Source: Limisphaerales bacterium (GTDB lineage: Bacteria; Verrucomicrobiota; Verrucomicrobiia; Limisphaerales; AAA164-E04). From it: a stretch of DNA of 64,000 bases. A model generated the notes under the pieces. It searched no databases and was not told the DNA's origin. It saw only the letters and a program-made list of their open reading frames with translations. The position numbers and the translations under genes are program-made. The stretch spans positions 10,264,497 to 10,328,496 of the forward strand of contig OZ245740.1 of NCBI GenBank assembly GCA_965227305.1. The letters run 5' to 3'. Shown here piece after piece: positions 61,336 to 64,000 of the stretch (positions are counted from its first letter, which is position 1; each line of letters starts with the position of its first letter).

Positions 61336-64000
61336 GTGAATTCCAAGGATCAGCCAGACCCACAATCGCTCTTTATGCGGGCGCTCGATATCGAGGATGC
61401 CAACGAGCGCTCCGCGTTCGTTCGGAAGGCCTGCGGGGCGGAAGCCGCTTTGCTCGCCGAGTTGGAGGCCTTGCTGGCGGCGCATGACCAAGCCGGTGCT
61501 TTTCTGCGCGGAGAGGCTCCAGCAAAGACTGTTTCTCCCGCTCCCGCTACGCCTCACCCCGAGACTTTGACGGATTCCGTCCTTGGGACAGTAAGTGGGC
61601 GCTACAAATTGCTCCAACGCATTGGCGAAGGGGGCTTTGGTGTGGTCTACATGGCCGAACAGCGGGAACCTGTCAAACGACGCGTCGCCCTCAAAATCAT
61701 CAAACTGGGTATGGACACCAAGCAGGTGGTGGGACGGTTTGAAGCCGAACGACAGGCTTTGGCCATGATGGACCATCCCAATATTGCCAAGGTGTTGGAT
61801 GGGGGGGCGACGGACACCGGAAGACCGTTCTTTGTGATGGAATTGGTGCGAGGGGTGTCGATTCTCCAATTCTGTGACGAGAACAAGCTTTCGACCGATG
61901 AACGGCTCCGCCTTTTTTTGGATGTCTGCCAAGCGATCCATCATGCGCATCAGAAGGGTGTGATTCACCGCGATATCAAACCCAACAATGTCTTGGTGAC
62001 GGTGACGGATGATCGCGGCGTTCCGAAAGTCATTGATTTTGGCGTGGCAAAGGCGACCCAACATGAGTTGACGGAGAAGACGGTTTTTACTCGTTACCAG
62101 GAGTTCATTGGCACGCCGGCTTACATGAGTCCGGAGCAAGCCCAGTTCAGTGGGTTGGATATTGATACACGCACGGACGTGTATTCGCTGGGGGTGTTGC
62201 TGTATGAGATGCTTACCGGGCGAACGCCGTTTGATACCAAAGCGCTCTTGAGCGGCGGTTATGAATCCATGCGGCGCATCATCCGCGAGCAAGAGCCGCA
62301 AAAACCCAGCACCCGCTTGCATACCTTGAACCGAGGGGATTTGGCCCATGCCGCTCGACTGCGGAAGACCGAGCCGGGCAGTCTCTTTGGAGAAGTGCGG
62401 GGGGATTTGGATCGCGTGGTGATGAAGGCCCTCGATAAGGAGCGGGCGCGTCGGTATGAAAGCGTGAGTGCGTTGGCGATGGATATCAGACGCTATCTCG
62501 ATGACGAACCGGTGGAAGCGGCGGGACCGAGCGTTTGGTATCAGATGGGGAAATTTGCTCGGCGTAAGCGGCGCATGCTGGTGGCGGCCGTGATGGTGGC
62601 CTGCAGTCTGTTGGTGGGCATCGTGGTGAGCTCGGTCATGGCGGCGCGGGCGATCCGTGCGGAGGGGGACTTACGGGAGGCGTTGGCGAAAGAGTTTGAG
62701 GCGCGACAAGTCGCGCAAACCGCGGAGCGTTCCGCACGTGATGCTCATGAACGAGCCCAACGCCAAGCACGCGTGGCGGAGGCGGTGAACCGATTCATCA
62801 ACGAAGATTTGATCGGGCGTGCGAATCCGGTCAATGAGGCCAACCGTGACCTGCGGTTGCGCACCTTGTTGGAACGGGCGGATCGAAAGATCGAGGCTGG
62901 CGTGATTGACGAACCTTTGGTGGAAGCGTCGATTCGCTACACCGTGGGGCAAGCGTTTCTGAATCTGGGCGATCTTCGCGCGGCCAAACGACACGCACAG
63001 ACGGCCGTTCGCCTCTTGGAAGGGGAAGAAGAGGATGATACCCACGCGCGCCTGAAGGCTCAAATCCTCTTGGCGGGTGTGGAGGTGGATTTGGGCGATT
63101 ATAGCCGGGCGGGAGACAGTTTGGAGACACTACGGGCTGTAACGCGAGCGCAGTTCGGCGACGCACATGAGCTGAGTATGGAGACGGCCTATTGGCAGGC
63201 CTTGGCGTTGGGGAATCTTTCGCAACCCGAACAGGCGGAAGCGCTCCTGGCCGAGCTTCTGGAACGCATGCCGGCGACCCTGCCGGAAGATCATTGGCTG
63301 CGTCCGGCGATTGTCAACGCCCGTGGCGCCCACTTCATTTATCGCAAGCGCTACGCTGAGGCGGAACGGTTCTATCGAGATTGGTTGGCGTCCTTTGAAA
63401 GTCGCTTTGGCAGGGAGCATCCGTTTCCGATCATGCTCCTTTCGAATCTCGGACAAGCCCTTTATTTTCAAGGCAAGCGTTCGGAATCCGAGACGCTTTA
63501 CCGGGAAGCGCTGACACTCACGGAGGCGACCTTCGGGCCGGACCATCCCCACCATCTAACCGTTATGGCCGCTCTCGGTAGGCAGTATGAGTATTATAAA
63601 CAATGGGCAGAAGCGGAAGCGCTGCTCCCACGTGTCTACGAGGGGAGGAGGCGAACCTTGGGGGAAAGCCATCCGGAAACACGCTTTGCCGTCACGCTTC
63701 TCTTTGCCTTCTATCGTGGTCAGGAGCGGGATGAGGATGCCCAGCGTTTTTTGCGCGATGTGATTCAGCGAGATCCTGAGAATTTCCGAGCGTTGGAGCA
63801 CTTGGCCTATTATTTGAAGGCCGACGAATTAGAGCCCGTGGTTGCCGATTCGGAAGCGGATGCGGTCACTTGGCGGTATCGTTTCGAGGCCCCCGAGGTT
63901 GATTGGTTGGACCCGGCATACGATGACGGTGCTTGGCTGAAGGGGCCTGGTGGTTTTGGCAACATCGACCGGCCATTCGTCCGGACGGAATGGAGCACTC
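61336..64000 (+). CDS. Hanks-type Ser/Thr protein kinase with TM segment and TPR repeats (runs off the window end)
   Basis: Not in the ORF track. Manual reading from GTG 61336 gives SLFMRALDI..., IGEGGFGVVY, VALKIIK, HRDIKPNN, IDFG, GTPAYMSPEQ and DVYSLG, then TM and TPR-like 'GxxHP' repeats. Confidence 0.92.
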   Translation, partial: MNSKDQPDPQSLFMRALDIEDANERSAFVRKACGAEAALLAELEALLAAHDQAGAFLRGEAPAKTVSPAPATPHPETLTDSVLGTVSGRYKLLQRIGEGGFGVVYMAEQREPVKRRVALKIIKLGMDTKQVVGRFEAERQALAMMDHPNIAKVLDGGATDTGRPFFVMELVRGVSILQFCDENKLSTDERLRLFLDVCQAIHHAHQKGVIHRDIKPNNVLVTVTDDRGVPKVIDFGVAKATQHELTEKTVFTRYQEFIGTPAYMSPEQAQFSGLDIDTRTDVYSLGVLLYEMLTGRTPFDTKALLSGGYESMRRIIREQEPQKPSTRLHTLNRGDLAHAARLRKTEPGSLFGEVRGDLDRVVMKALDKERARRYESVSALAMDIRRYLDDEPVEAAGPSVWYQMGKFARRKRRMLVAAVMVACSLLVGIVVSSVMAARAIRAEGDLREALAKEFEARQVAQTAERSARDAHERAQRQARVAEAVNRFINEDLIGRANPVNEANRDLRLRTLLERADRKIEAGVIDEPLVEASIRYTVGQAFLNLGDLRAAKRHAQTAVRLLEGEEEDDTHARLKAQILLAGVEVDLGDYSRAGDSLETLRAVTRAQFGDAHELSMETAYWQALALGNLSQPEQAEALLAELLERMPATLPEDHWLRPAIVNARGAHFIYRKRYAEAERFYRDWLASFESRFGREHPFPIMLLSNLGQALYFQGKRSESETLYREALTLTEATFGPDHPHHLTVMAALGRQYEYYKQWAEAEALLPRVYEGRRRTLGESHPETRFAVTLLFAFYRGQERDEDAQRFLRDVIQRDPENFRALEHLAYYLKADELEPVVADSEADAVTWRYRFEAPEVDWLDPAYDDGAWLKGPGGFGNIDRPFVRTEWST

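Overview
GC-rich bacterial chromosomal window, most likely Verrucomicrobiota/PVC (PVC-type heme-binding CxxCH protein, H-X9-DG pilin-like protein, TIGR02999-type ECF plus Ser/Thr kinase, short HemA, many Tat/secreted hydrolases). It carries about 45 genes. Housekeeping genes are hemA, ccsA, katG/oxyR, glgP, rlmN, mdh, deoC and trpE. Regulatory modules are BlaI/M56, a propeller histidine kinase with a NarL-type regulator, SPFH/Arc, and YdhR-ECF-STK. I saw no rRNA, tRNA, CRISPR array, transposase, integrase, reverse transcriptase or phage genes. The most unusual structure is non-coding. (i) A MITE family with GGGTGTGATT ends and 9-bp target duplications carries REP-like cargo. (ii) A REPIN-like hairpin family has a conserved, co-oriented loop. 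(iii) These elements nest inside each other, and one inverted-repeat pair encloses a tandem array. On the protein side the best candidates for uncharacterised systems are a sigma54-type orphan operon (Cys-rich secreted protein plus membrane-anchored partner), a cysteine-less pilin-like protein followed by two paralogous HEAT lipoproteins, and a CxxC-bearing YdhR-like gene coupled to an ECF/STK pair. All family calls come from motif recognition by eye. No searches were run.
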